This document shows, in pieces, positions 46,490 to 55,024 of a stretch of DNA of 64,000 bases. Numbering within the stretch: the first letter of the stretch is position 1; the number at the start of each line of letters is the position of its first letter. A program made the position numbers and the translations under genes. The DNA is from an uncultured Methanosarcinales archaeon (lineage in GTDB: Archaea > Nanobdellota > Nanobdellia > Woesearchaeales > ARS49), in assembly GCA_964637115.1 (NCBI GenBank), contig CAZWVL010000002.1, positions 32,001 to 96,000 on the forward strand, written 5' to 3'. The notes beneath the pieces were generated by a model that made no database searches, was not told where the DNA came from, and saw nothing but the letters and a program-made list of their open reading frames with translations.

Positions 46490-48258
46490 TATTGTTCACC
46501 TCTTCCACGCTGACTTCCAGCTAATACGGCAACATCTTCCACTGTATTAATATCTTCCGATGAACGATCAGTTCTGAGTTTGACTAATCTTGGAAAGCGA
46601 AGCGCAAAACCGGACGAATATGTCGGCGATTTCTGAATTTCCTCATAATCAACTTCTATGACAATTTCAGGGCGAACTTTTACTTCTTTTCCTTTTTCCT
46701 CGATAATCAAAGGCTGCAGGAGTTGTGTGAGCTGCTCGAAACTTACACCCTCCTCAACTTTTTCCTTAATGCCTGTGCCAACTCTGCCGATTTCAACAAA
46801 ACTATTTGTTTCAGGATCCCTGATTGCAATAACAAATGATGAAAGCCAGCTGCTTCGCTTGCCCTCACCCCATTCAGCACCAACAATAACTACTTCCAAA
46901 GTATCCATGGTAGGCTTGACCTTAACACCAAAGCCGACACGAGAACCAGGCTTATAGATGCCCTGCAAATTCTTTGCCATAACGCCTTCATTGCCCGCTT
47001 CCAGTGAATCTTTGTAAAATTTTTCAGCAACTGCATCATCATCAGTTATCACCTGTTCTGCCATCTTCAGCTCGTGCTTAAGTTCGGTTATAATCTTCTT
47101 CATAACATTTCTGCGTTCAATGAAAGGAGTTTTAAGAAGACTTCTGCCTTCGTAGAACAAGACATCAAACACGTTGACTTCAACCGGAAATTTCTCGGCA
47201 ATCTCCTGGATGTCATATTTTCTTTTGATACGCTGGCTGATACTTTGAAATGGCAGGTATTTTTTTGTCTTCTGGTCAATACCAACAACTTCGGCGTCAA
47301 TAATGAAGTTGTCTCCTTTAACCTGTTTTGCAATCTTTTTCACCACGTCAGGAAACTGGGCAGTCACATCTTCCAAGCGGCGCGTGTATAATGTCAACCT
47401 GCCATTATGCCTGTGAATTTGCAAACGGAAACCATCATACTTCTGCTCGAAAGCAGCAGGCTTGCCAACGGTTACAAATGCATCTGCAATGTTCTTTGCT
47501 TTCTGGAAAAGCATTACTTTCACAGGCTTGCCAGGCAGCAATGTGATATTTTGCAAGCCAGGTTCGCCTTTTTCTTTAGCAACTCTGGCCACATCAGCAA
47601 AATCATTGGCAACATCCAAAGCTTCCTGGACTAAAGTAACATATTTATCGTAATTAATTCTTTCTTCCTCAGAGAGCGTTAGATCATTTGTTGTCTTGTC
47701 ATATTTCACGCCTGCCTTGTCAGCAAAAAAAGCCCAGACAATCGCATCTCTTATTGTTCCTTCACCAAGGCCGACTCTCAATTCTCCTAAAATAGTGCGA
47801 ATAATATATTTTGATTCATTTGGCTTTGCACTAGTCATTAATTCTGCAACCAATTGAACTTTCCTGTCAACAGTGCCAGCACCTTCCATCTCTGAAATTT
47901 TTCTTAAGTTTTCAAAGACTTTCTGAACAGTTAATGGCTGGGAGAATAATGTGGCTTGGGATTTTTTTGTTGTCAATTCTGCTGCAACATTGCCTAAATC
48001 TCCTGTTGTTTTCCAGACAGCCTCAATTTTTTCCAAAGACGCGCCAGTAGCAGTTGAAATCGCTTTCAGCAGTAATCTAGAAGCCATTCCCAGCTCGCGC
48101 TGGTCCCAATTCGGAAACAATCTTCCTTGAACCAGCAGCAGGACTTTGTCAAGGTCATCTGCAGACTTCAAAAATTCTGAAAGTATGAATGTTTTTTCAA
48201 GCCGTTTTGTAGTAGCTTCAAGACGTTCGTATACCTCTACCAATACCTCGTACTTCAT
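46489..48258 (-). CDS. lig: ATP-dependent DNA ligase
   Basis: EQKYDGFR, IIDAE, VFD, EGVMAK, KVKP and LRFPR motifs. Confidence 0.97.
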   Translation of the reverse strand: MKYEVLVEVYERLEATTKRLEKTFILSEFLKSADDLDKVLLLVQGRLFPNWDQRELGMASRLLLKAISTATGASLEKIEAVWKTTGDLGNVAAELTTKKSQATLFSQPLTVQKVFENLRKISEMEGAGTVDRKVQLVAELMTSAKPNESKYIIRTILGELRVGLGEGTIRDAIVWAFFADKAGVKYDKTTNDLTLSEEERINYDKYVTLVQEALDVANDFADVARVAKEKGEPGLQNITLLPGKPVKVMLFQKAKNIADAFVTVGKPAAFEQKYDGFRLQIHRHNGRLTLYTRRLEDVTAQFPDVVKKIAKQVKGDNFIIDAEVVGIDQKTKKYLPFQSISQRIKRKYDIQEIAEKFPVEVNVFDVLFYEGRSLLKTPFIERRNVMKKIITELKHELKMAEQVITDDDAVAEKFYKDSLEAGNEGVMAKNLQGIYKPGSRVGFGVKVKPTMDTLEVVIVGAEWGEGKRSSWLSSFVIAIRDPETNSFVEIGRVGTGIKEKVEEGVSFEQLTQLLQPLIIEEKGKEVKVRPEIVIEVDYEEIQKSPTYSSGFALRFPRLVKLRTDRSSEDINTVEDVAVLAGSQRGRGEQ

Positions 48259-48291
48259 TCTTTAGACGGAGAAAATGAGAGTATATATTGC

Positions 48292-49206
48292 TTACGCAGC
48301 AGCCTTGCCGCTGTAGCCACTGCCTTTGCCTGCACCAAAGTTGCCTTTGATGACGTTTCCGTTGTAGTTCTTGTCATTATACGTTGCTGCAGTTTTGCCC
48401 ATCTTTGGAGAAACGTAAGTTCCCAAACTCGCGTAATTTGAAGTAACTTTACCTGCCCTGTCGCTTGCAATTGCTGCCAAATCCTTATCGCCCCTTGCAG
48501 TAAAGTATTCTTTCAATGTATGCTCGACATCTAATTCAGCAGCAATATGGTCAAAGTACTTTCCTTTCTGAGAAGCGTGCACAAACTCGTGCGCCATCAC
48601 ATAGCTAATTGCGCGCTGTTTTGAAATGCCATAATTTCCTGCAAATGCGGATATTTTCTTGTCAAAGTTTTTGTCACCAATCAACGCTGCTTCATTTCCC
48701 TGAATTGCTAAAGCTGCAATCGCGCCTTCCAAATTTTGAGTTCCAATTTTGGTAATCTCATAAAAGTCACGATTTTTACTTTTCAAATGCGCATACAACT
48801 CTCTTCCCTCGCCTATCAAATACTGCTTTGCAATATCTGCAAAAGAGCCAGAATATTGTGATTTGAGGCTCTTGCCGCCAGATGCAGTGTCGCGCTTGAA
48901 ATTATAGCCGCTCTTTGGCCCAACTTTTTTCTCAACCTCATAACGCTGCTCTGCAATCCAGCCTTGCAGGTCATCACTCTGCTTTGCCATCCGTTCAAGC
49001 ACTTGATTGCCGGTTTCATACGTCTGAGAATCAGCACGATAGGCTCCGGATTCTCCTTTGTAAATAGAAGGATCAAGTTTTACTGTTGCTTTTTCAAAGA
49101 ATTCCTTATGCTGCTGTTTAGTCAGGGGTTTGTCTATCGAGAGAAAATCCCATTTGTTTTTTGTCTCTCTTACAATATCATCTACTGTTTGTGACTTTGC
49201 TGTCAT
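48292..49206 (-). CDS. Hypothetical protein with HEXXH zincin motif
   Basis: VMAHEFVH followed by a candidate third ligand Glu. No signal peptide. Confidence 0.6.
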   Translation of the reverse strand: MTAKSQTVDDIVRETKNKWDFLSIDKPLTKQQHKEFFEKATVKLDPSIYKGESGAYRADSQTYETGNQVLERMAKQSDDLQGWIAEQRYEVEKKVGPKSGYNFKRDTASGGKSLKSQYSGSFADIAKQYLIGEGRELYAHLKSKNRDFYEITKIGTQNLEGAIAALAIQGNEAALIGDKNFDKKISAFAGNYGISKQRAISYVMAHEFVHASQKGKYFDHIAAELDVEHTLKEYFTARGDKDLAAIASDRAGKVTSNYASLGTYVSPKMGKTAATYNDKNYNGNVIKGNFGAGKGSGYSGKAAA

Positions 49207-49315
49207 AATTTAACGTATTAAGACGTTGAACGATAAAAAGTTTGGTGACAAAAAAGTCAGTTTTTTAATTACATTTATAAATGGAAAACAACAGGATAAC
49301 CTAAAAAGTGTTGGT

Positions 49316-51076
49316 ATGGATCGGAAAGCTGAAGTTACGGTTTTGATAATGGTGCTGGTTGTAGCAGCTATAGCCGGCACGCTTGCATTAATAGGCAAAG
49401 AAAAAGAATCAGCTACGCCAACGGGCTACGTGCCTGCTCCCGAAGAACAAGCACTCGATTATTTGCCGGCTGAGCAACAAATACCTGAATATGATGTCGA
49501 AGAGCAACCAGCAAGTTCTGCCTCTACTCCACAAGAACAGAACCAAAAATCTGCACCAATCACCGGATATGCACCATTTGGAATAAACACTTGCGCTTCT
49601 CCCTGTATTACAAATTCAGACTGCAGTGTAGATGAATCGTGCAACAGCGGTTGTTGTGAACCAATACCTTGCGTCACAGATACAGATTGTCCTTATCCTT
49701 GTTCAACAGTTACTGGTTTCAGTCTTGCATTTTGCAATTCTTGTGTAGACGGTTTCTGCAAAGACCCGTGCAGTTGCGGCTTTAAGCTATGCACAGTTAA
49801 TGCAGATTGCCCGGCTGCTCAGGGCTTCACAGGTTGCGTTAGTGGGCAATGCACATGTGGAGTCAACGGTCCGTGTCCTGCGTCAGGTGTTGGTAATGCA
49901 CAAAAGTTATTTTGTATTGACAATGGTGGCACCTTTTGTCCACCATCAGTGGCAGCAAACTGCAATTGTCGCGATTGCAGTTCAGACATCTGTGGTACGA
50001 GTTGCCGATCTTCGATACCATGCAGCGTCAACAGCGACTGCCCCTTACGCAGGCCCGTTTGCTGTGATGGAGAATGTACTGCAGGCGATGCAACGCTTAG
50101 TGTTTGCCATAGGCAATGCAATACTGCGAATTTCCAATGCCAGCCTGGAGCATCACCTTCATGTCTAACTCCAACTCCGACTTCTACGCCGACGTCAACT
50201 CCGACGAGCACGCCAACTTCAACTCCGACTTCTACGCCGACTGAAACTCCTACTTCAACGCCTACTGAAACGCCTACGTCTACTCCGACAGAGACTCCTA
50301 CTTCGACACCTACTGAAACGCCTACGTCGACTCCTACAGAGACTCCGACAAACACTCCGACTGCTACCCCTACAAATACGCCGACTTTAACTCCTACGAA
50401 TACTCCTACTTCAACGCCGACAAATACTCCCACTTCAACTCCTACGAATACTCCTACTTCAACGCCAACAAGCACTCCGACTTCTACTCCGACTTCAACG
50501 CCGACAAGAACTCCGACTAGTACTCCAACTTCAACGCCGACAAGTACACCTACTTCAACACCAACTTCGACTCCTACTCCAGTTCCACCGCCAACTGTAG
50601 GAGCACCAGGTGCAGGTGGTGGAAGCAACAAATTTGTCACCTACAGTCCCAATTACTGCAGTTGTGTTACTCCTGAAGGCAGGTATGAACCAGAAGGATG
50701 TACTATTCGTCCAAGCATGCGCGGCAATCATCCGCTGTGTTCACGTGCATCGCCAGGAACAGCGGTGGCAGTTGCAGCAGAGCCTTCTAAGCCCAAGCCA
50801 CCACGGGAGCAAGCACCAGAACAAAATGTAGCGCCACCAGAACAAAATGTGGTATTGCCAGAAATTATAGAGCAGCTACCACCATACCGGCCGATTGAAA
50901 GTGCTGTGACAGAAGAAATAGATACGCAAGACTCATCTGTAACAGCAGCTTTGTTGATTATCCTGCTAATATTGGCTGCTCTTGGCTATTTTTACCGCCA
51001 AGAAATAATGGCGCTGTTTAAGCACAAGGCTTCAAAATCACACAAAAAAACAAGCGGTAAAGTAAAGACAAAGTAA
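49316..51076 (+). CDS. Cys-rich, Thr/Pro-repeat membrane-anchored surface protein
   Basis: MDRKA-E plus hydrophobic stretch (class III signal-like), about 250-aa Cys-rich region, TPT(S/E/N) stalk, TM helix and basic tail. Confidence 0.85.
   Translation: MDRKAEVTVLIMVLVVAAIAGTLALIGKEKESATPTGYVPAPEEQALDYLPAEQQIPEYDVEEQPASSASTPQEQNQKSAPITGYAPFGINTCASPCITNSDCSVDESCNSGCCEPIPCVTDTDCPYPCSTVTGFSLAFCNSCVDGFCKDPCSCGFKLCTVNADCPAAQGFTGCVSGQCTCGVNGPCPASGVGNAQKLFCIDNGGTFCPPSVAANCNCRDCSSDICGTSCRSSIPCSVNSDCPLRRPVCCDGECTAGDATLSVCHRQCNTANFQCQPGASPSCLTPTPTSTPTSTPTSTPTSTPTSTPTETPTSTPTETPTSTPTETPTSTPTETPTSTPTETPTNTPTATPTNTPTLTPTNTPTSTPTNTPTSTPTNTPTSTPTSTPTSTPTSTPTRTPTSTPTSTPTSTPTSTPTSTPTPVPPPTVGAPGAGGGSNKFVTYSPNYCSCVTPEGRYEPEGCTIRPSMRGNHPLCSRASPGTAVAVAAEPSKPKPPREQAPEQNVAPPEQNVVLPEIIEQLPPYRPIESAVTEEIDTQDSSVTAALLIILLILAALGYFYRQEIMALFKHKASKSHKKTSGKVKTK
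50174..50581 (+). repeat. Coding tandem repeat of about 34 x 12 nt (TPTX)
   Basis: ACT-CCG-ACT-TCT-like units with heavy synonymous variation. Confidence 0.9.
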
Positions 51077-51135
51077 AAATCAATTAATATTTCCATCGAT
51101 GGCTTTATAAACCGTTTACTTCTCGACAATATTGT

Positions 51136-51209
51136 GCCCGCGTAGGCTAGCTTGGATAGACTGGAGGGTTGCGGTCCCTTCGACCTGGGTTCAAATCCCA
51201 GCGCGGGCG
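51136..51209 (+). tRNA. tRNA-Arg(GCG)
   Basis: Acceptor GCCCGCG/CGCGGGC, anticodon arm GAGGG-TTGCGGT-CCCTT, T arm CTGGG/CCCAG. The D stem is imperfect. Confidence 0.9.
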
Positions 51210-51304
51210 TAAATTCCCTTTTTGGGATTTGAACATCTGGAAGACTTCGTCTTCCAGCCCCTTCGTTTTCTGCGCAAACTTCAGGGAATCCCAGCGCGGG
51301 CGTA
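51194..51304 (+). repeat. 18-bp direct repeat of the tRNA-Arg 3' end (att-like)
   Basis: AATCCCAGCGCGGGCGTA at 51194-51211 and 51287-51304. Confidence 0.85.
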
Positions 51305-52330
51305 TTATTTTTTTCGTGCAATCAATTCCTCATAAATGCCTGGCGTAAATTGCCTCCAATAATGAACTTTGTCTTGAACAAATAAGTCGTAATAAACGAT
51401 ATAACTCTCAATTTCTGACTTAAATAATTCTATGCTTGAATTAAGCTCTTGCGGGTTTCTGGCATTCAGATAAAGAATCATGTCATAATCGCCGATCATT
51501 TTTCCTGCATAGAAAATATTTTGTAATTTGCTAAACGGTTTTTTCAGGATCTCAAGCGGTGTATCCTGCTCAACTCTTACAAGTAAATAATAAGTAATAA
51601 AGCCCTGCTTTGAATGATTAGGTATTCCACCAAAATTTAAGATTATTTTATTCTGAATAAGGCTGATTATTCTCTTTTTGACGGTATTTCTGTCAATTTT
51701 CAATTTTCTGCCAATGTCAATCAGTGATTCTTGGGGATTATCTGCTAAAAGCCTGAGAATTTCTATCTCTGCTTTTGTAGGCTCGTACTTCTCAAAGTCA
51801 GGATCAACGGGAAAATTTCTAGTTGCCAATACGCCGCTAAAAGAATGGTCCAGTTTCTTCTGAAATCTCGTCTTTAAGTCAAGCACAGGACTTAGTTGTG
51901 TAAATTCAAGATCTGAAAGATGGGTTAATATGAAATATTCTTTTATTTTGTTTTTACAGATTTTAAACAAGTCCTCTCTGATTTTGTTCAGATGGAATCC
52001 GTCTATTGCGTCAACAATGATCTGTAAATCATATCTTCCGATAAAAGAATTAATCCACATCACAAATTTATGTCTAGACAGATCATCATACAACTTCTGT
52101 TTGTCTTTAATACCTGCTTTAAACTTAATGAGAATGTGATAGCGCGTAAACCCCAATCTTCTGGCATCAACAAACAGGACGTATTGTTTGATAAACTCTG
52201 ATTTTTCCAAGTGCTTGATTTTATAGGAAATTGTGTCTTTTGAAACTTTGAGAGCCTGCGCTATCGTTGTATGTGAAACTCTGCAATTTTGAGCAAATAT
52301 CTCCATAATCTGCAGATCCTTTTTGTCCAT
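51305..52330 (-). CDS. Tandem Lrp/AsnC-family transcriptional regulator
   Basis: Two HTH plus RAM units (MDKKDLQIM...SHTTIAQAL...GRYDL; EILRLLADNPQESLIDIGRKL...GDYDM). Confidence 0.88.
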   Translation of the reverse strand: MDKKDLQIMEIFAQNCRVSHTTIAQALKVSKDTISYKIKHLEKSEFIKQYVLFVDARRLGFTRYHILIKFKAGIKDKQKLYDDLSRHKFVMWINSFIGRYDLQIIVDAIDGFHLNKIREDLFKICKNKIKEYFILTHLSDLEFTQLSPVLDLKTRFQKKLDHSFSGVLATRNFPVDPDFEKYEPTKAEIEILRLLADNPQESLIDIGRKLKIDRNTVKKRIISLIQNKIILNFGGIPNHSKQGFITYYLLVRVEQDTPLEILKKPFSKLQNIFYAGKMIGDYDMILYLNARNPQELNSSIELFKSEIESYIVYYDLFVQDKVHYWRQFTPGIYEELIARKK

Positions 52331-52439
52331 TTTTCAGAATAATGCTGTATTTCTATATAAATATTACACATTTTTCTTAAAAATGAATAGCAGATTTATT
52401 ATATTGTTTTATTCGTATTCTTTACTAGTGGGTGGTGAA

Positions 52440-53108
52440 ATGAATATTGAACAAAATCTAACCGGAACTGCAGTCAAGAACGGTTATGAAATTCTCCAAG
52501 ACAGAGGACTGGCAGTCGTTGGTATGAGTATCGGGAATAGTTATTTCAAAAAAGACCGAATAGATGCTTTACTCAAATATTGCACAAGAGTATTTTCTCA
52601 AGTTAGAATCCTGATTGCTGATAAGCCAATGGAACATACCTACAGAGCAATGGGTTATTCTTCTGCAAATGCAGGAACAAAAGCAAGATTAAAGGGAAAT
52701 GCATTGCAGAATCATAGTCAAAGAAGTATTGATGTGATTTTGGGAGGAGATATCAGATTAATTCAGTGGGAAAATGATATTCATCCCCGTGAAGCATATC
52801 AAAGAGAACTGCGAAGATTTGAAGAATTATATGGTGATGCTGATGGTTTTAAACAAGAAATAAGAGACACCACAAGAACAGTTTTGGATGGAAAACTAAA
52901 GCAGGGAGTAAAAATTGAGAGCGCTATTGATGAGGGAATTCATTATTTGTTAAAAGAGCTGGCATTTGTGTCCGCAAGTCCTGAAATACTTGGAACTCAA
53001 AAGGTGGCATATGTTTATCATACTCGGTGGAAAATATATGAAGATTTCGTTGACGGAAAATTTGACGGCCAAAAGAGAAGAGACTTGGGTTTTGTAGTTA
53101 TTAAATAG
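52440..53108 (+). CDS. tRNA-dependent cyclodipeptide synthase (CDPS), NYH subfamily
   Basis: VGMSIGNSYF (catalytic Ser, Asn), YLLKE (Tyr, Glu), AYVYH (Tyr-His). GGTGGTGA SD before the ATG at 52440; 222 aa. Confidence 0.88.
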   Translation: MNIEQNLTGTAVKNGYEILQDRGLAVVGMSIGNSYFKKDRIDALLKYCTRVFSQVRILIADKPMEHTYRAMGYSSANAGTKARLKGNALQNHSQRSIDVILGGDIRLIQWENDIHPREAYQRELRRFEELYGDADGFKQEIRDTTRTVLDGKLKQGVKIESAIDEGIHYLLKELAFVSASPEILGTQKVAYVYHTRWKIYEDFVDGKFDGQKRRDLGFVVIK

Positions 53109-53259
53109 AATTCCTTTGACATGGATCTAACGTCCAGATTAACCCTTCACAATCCATATTAAAAGCGCTTTCTTTGGAGATATCAATACCGACCATTTAC
53201 GAAGGAGGTGATTACCCAAAATAAAAACAAACGGAGGTGGTTAATGCCAACATTCTTCT

Positions 53260-53288
53260 GGTGGGCAGATGCCCACCGGAGCTTTTTT
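53260..53288 (+). terminator. Hairpin plus T6
   Basis: GGTGGGCA-GA-TGCCCACC followed by GGAGCTTTTTT. Confidence 0.55.
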
Positions 53289-53391
53289 ATAATTGCTCTT
53301 TTCCACAAATTCCTGAAGACAAAACATTCTTTATCACTCTTCAGTAGTTAAAATGGAAAGCTTTATAAATGGTGGAAAGAGAAGCAAAACT

Positions 53392-54582
53392 ATGGCGTCA
53401 GAACCAAATGAACAGAAAATAGTCATCACGCTCGACCAGTTACTTCTTAACGTAAGAGAGAGGATAGGAGAACTAAAGGACGGGCTAATTTGCGCGATTT
53501 TAGAAAAAGTATCACAGGGTATCACTGATTTTAAAGGGAAAGAAGCATTTTTGGTGAAGGAATACTTTCCTGCAGGCTATCTGCTGAACTCGGCAAACTA
53601 CTTTAGTGAAACTCTTGAAGATGTCAAACGTGATCCGCTGATAGAGGGACATGGTAATTCTGAACTTAGAGGAAGAATAATGAGTCAGATTGATGAAATG
53701 AAAAATGACGCTTCTAAGATTTTAAAAGATATGACTTGCACTGGTCTGGTTGATTTGAGTGCGAAATCCAGACGCCTCTATAAGGAAATGCTTCCAATAG
53801 TTGAGGAGAGCAGACAGATAGATCACAGAACAGGCCTCAAGATTTCTGACTCCCTCACGAACATATTATTCGCAAGTTTCAAGGATTACATTTCACAGCC
53901 TAACAAACACGTTTCAATAGTATATCTTGATATGAACAACTTCAAGCTTTACAACGACATTGCCAAATCAGAACAAGCAGACGTTGCCATTCAGCAGACA
54001 GCAGGACTCCTCAAGCAACTGCCGGAGGACGTTGTTGTAACAAGAAAAAATGACAAGAGAGGAGACGAATTCGTGTTGTTCATGCATAAAGATTATGACG
54101 GGGCAAGCAGAATAATGCATAAAATGTTTATCCCTCAGTTTGATGAAAAACTTCCAGCCATGATTAGGACAGCAATGGAAAAAAGCGCGCAAAAATACGA
54201 AGATAATTTTGACAAACTGGGAGGAAAATTAACATTCGCGATAGGAATAAGTTCAACTTTGCTGCAAGACGATATGACAATATTTGCAAGAGCAAAAAAA
54301 AGATTCGGGCAATCAAATGAAGAACTTTCGAGAGGTCTCGACAACTTTACTGCGTGCAGTCCAGCAGATTGGCATGATAAATACGATGGCCTGAGCCCCG
54401 GAGTTAGAAAAGATATAATTACGGTACTTAAAGGAACATTGCAAGCCGAAGCAGAAGCCGCAGCACACTGGGCAAAAAACCTGTCAAAAGACCGGCATAA
54501 CAAGGAATTTTATGAAAAAACAGTTCTGCGGGTATATGATCCAAAAGTTTTAGAATCAACTTATACTTATATTGGGCGCTGA
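53392..54582 (+). CDS. GGDEF-like (diguanylate cyclase fold) protein with RGDEF motif
   Basis: IVYLDMNNFKLYND...AD...RGDEFVLFM...LTFAIGIS. TTTATAAA at 53362-53369 supports the ATG at 53392. Confidence 0.78.
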   Translation: MASEPNEQKIVITLDQLLLNVRERIGELKDGLICAILEKVSQGITDFKGKEAFLVKEYFPAGYLLNSANYFSETLEDVKRDPLIEGHGNSELRGRIMSQIDEMKNDASKILKDMTCTGLVDLSAKSRRLYKEMLPIVEESRQIDHRTGLKISDSLTNILFASFKDYISQPNKHVSIVYLDMNNFKLYNDIAKSEQADVAIQQTAGLLKQLPEDVVVTRKNDKRGDEFVLFMHKDYDGASRIMHKMFIPQFDEKLPAMIRTAMEKSAQKYEDNFDKLGGKLTFAIGISSTLLQDDMTIFARAKKRFGQSNEELSRGLDNFTACSPADWHDKYDGLSPGVRKDIITVLKGTLQAEAEAAAHWAKNLSKDRHNKEFYEKTVLRVYDPKVLESTYTYIGR

Positions 54583-54998
54583 ACTTTCTTTCGAAGATCT
54601 ACGTGTTTTGTCTCTTCAGCTTCCATTGTAATCCGAATTCCTGCTATTGAATTATCGTGATCGATAACATACGTGTTGCCGTCAGAATGCTTGAAAACAG
54701 GATCTTTGAATTGTCCAAGCAAACTTGCCGCTTTTTCTCCAGCCGGCTTCCTTAAATCAAGCGTAAGACAATGATAAGAAATCCCATCCTTATCAATGAT
54801 GCCAGCACCAATCAGCTGGCCGCTGGTAACGTCCAGCGCACGATTCTGAACATAAACTTCTGGATGAGGGGCATATTGGGAGCCTGCAAAATCCTCTTTT
54901 AATCTTTTGAGAGCAATCAGAATATGAAAGTGGTCTTGCAGGCGTTCGGCTTCGTCCAATGTTGCCGTTATCTCATCAACCAAATCACGCTCTGGCAT
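54567..54998 (-). CDS. Hypothetical protein
   Basis: 143-aa ORF downstream of the helicase, with a plausible composition. Confidence 0.6.
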   Translation of the reverse strand: MPERDLVDEITATLDEAERLQDHFHILIALKRLKEDFAGSQYAPHPEVYVQNRALDVTSGQLIGAGIIDKDGISYHCLTLDLRKPAGEKAASLLGQFKDPVFKHSDGNTYVIDHDNSIAGIRITMEAEETKHVDLRKKVQRPI

Positions 54999-55024
54999 AT
55001 GTTATCACTAGGTAGTTGTTCTAT

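Noticed and set aside
50174-50581. Tandem repeat as a CRISPR array or non-coding VNTR
   Set aside because: The 12-nt units have no spacers, vary mainly at synonymous positions and are in frame as TPTX. No cas genes are present.
49819-50640. 273-aa VGVE-repeat ORF on the minus strand
   Set aside because: It is the antisense shadow of the TPT repeat.
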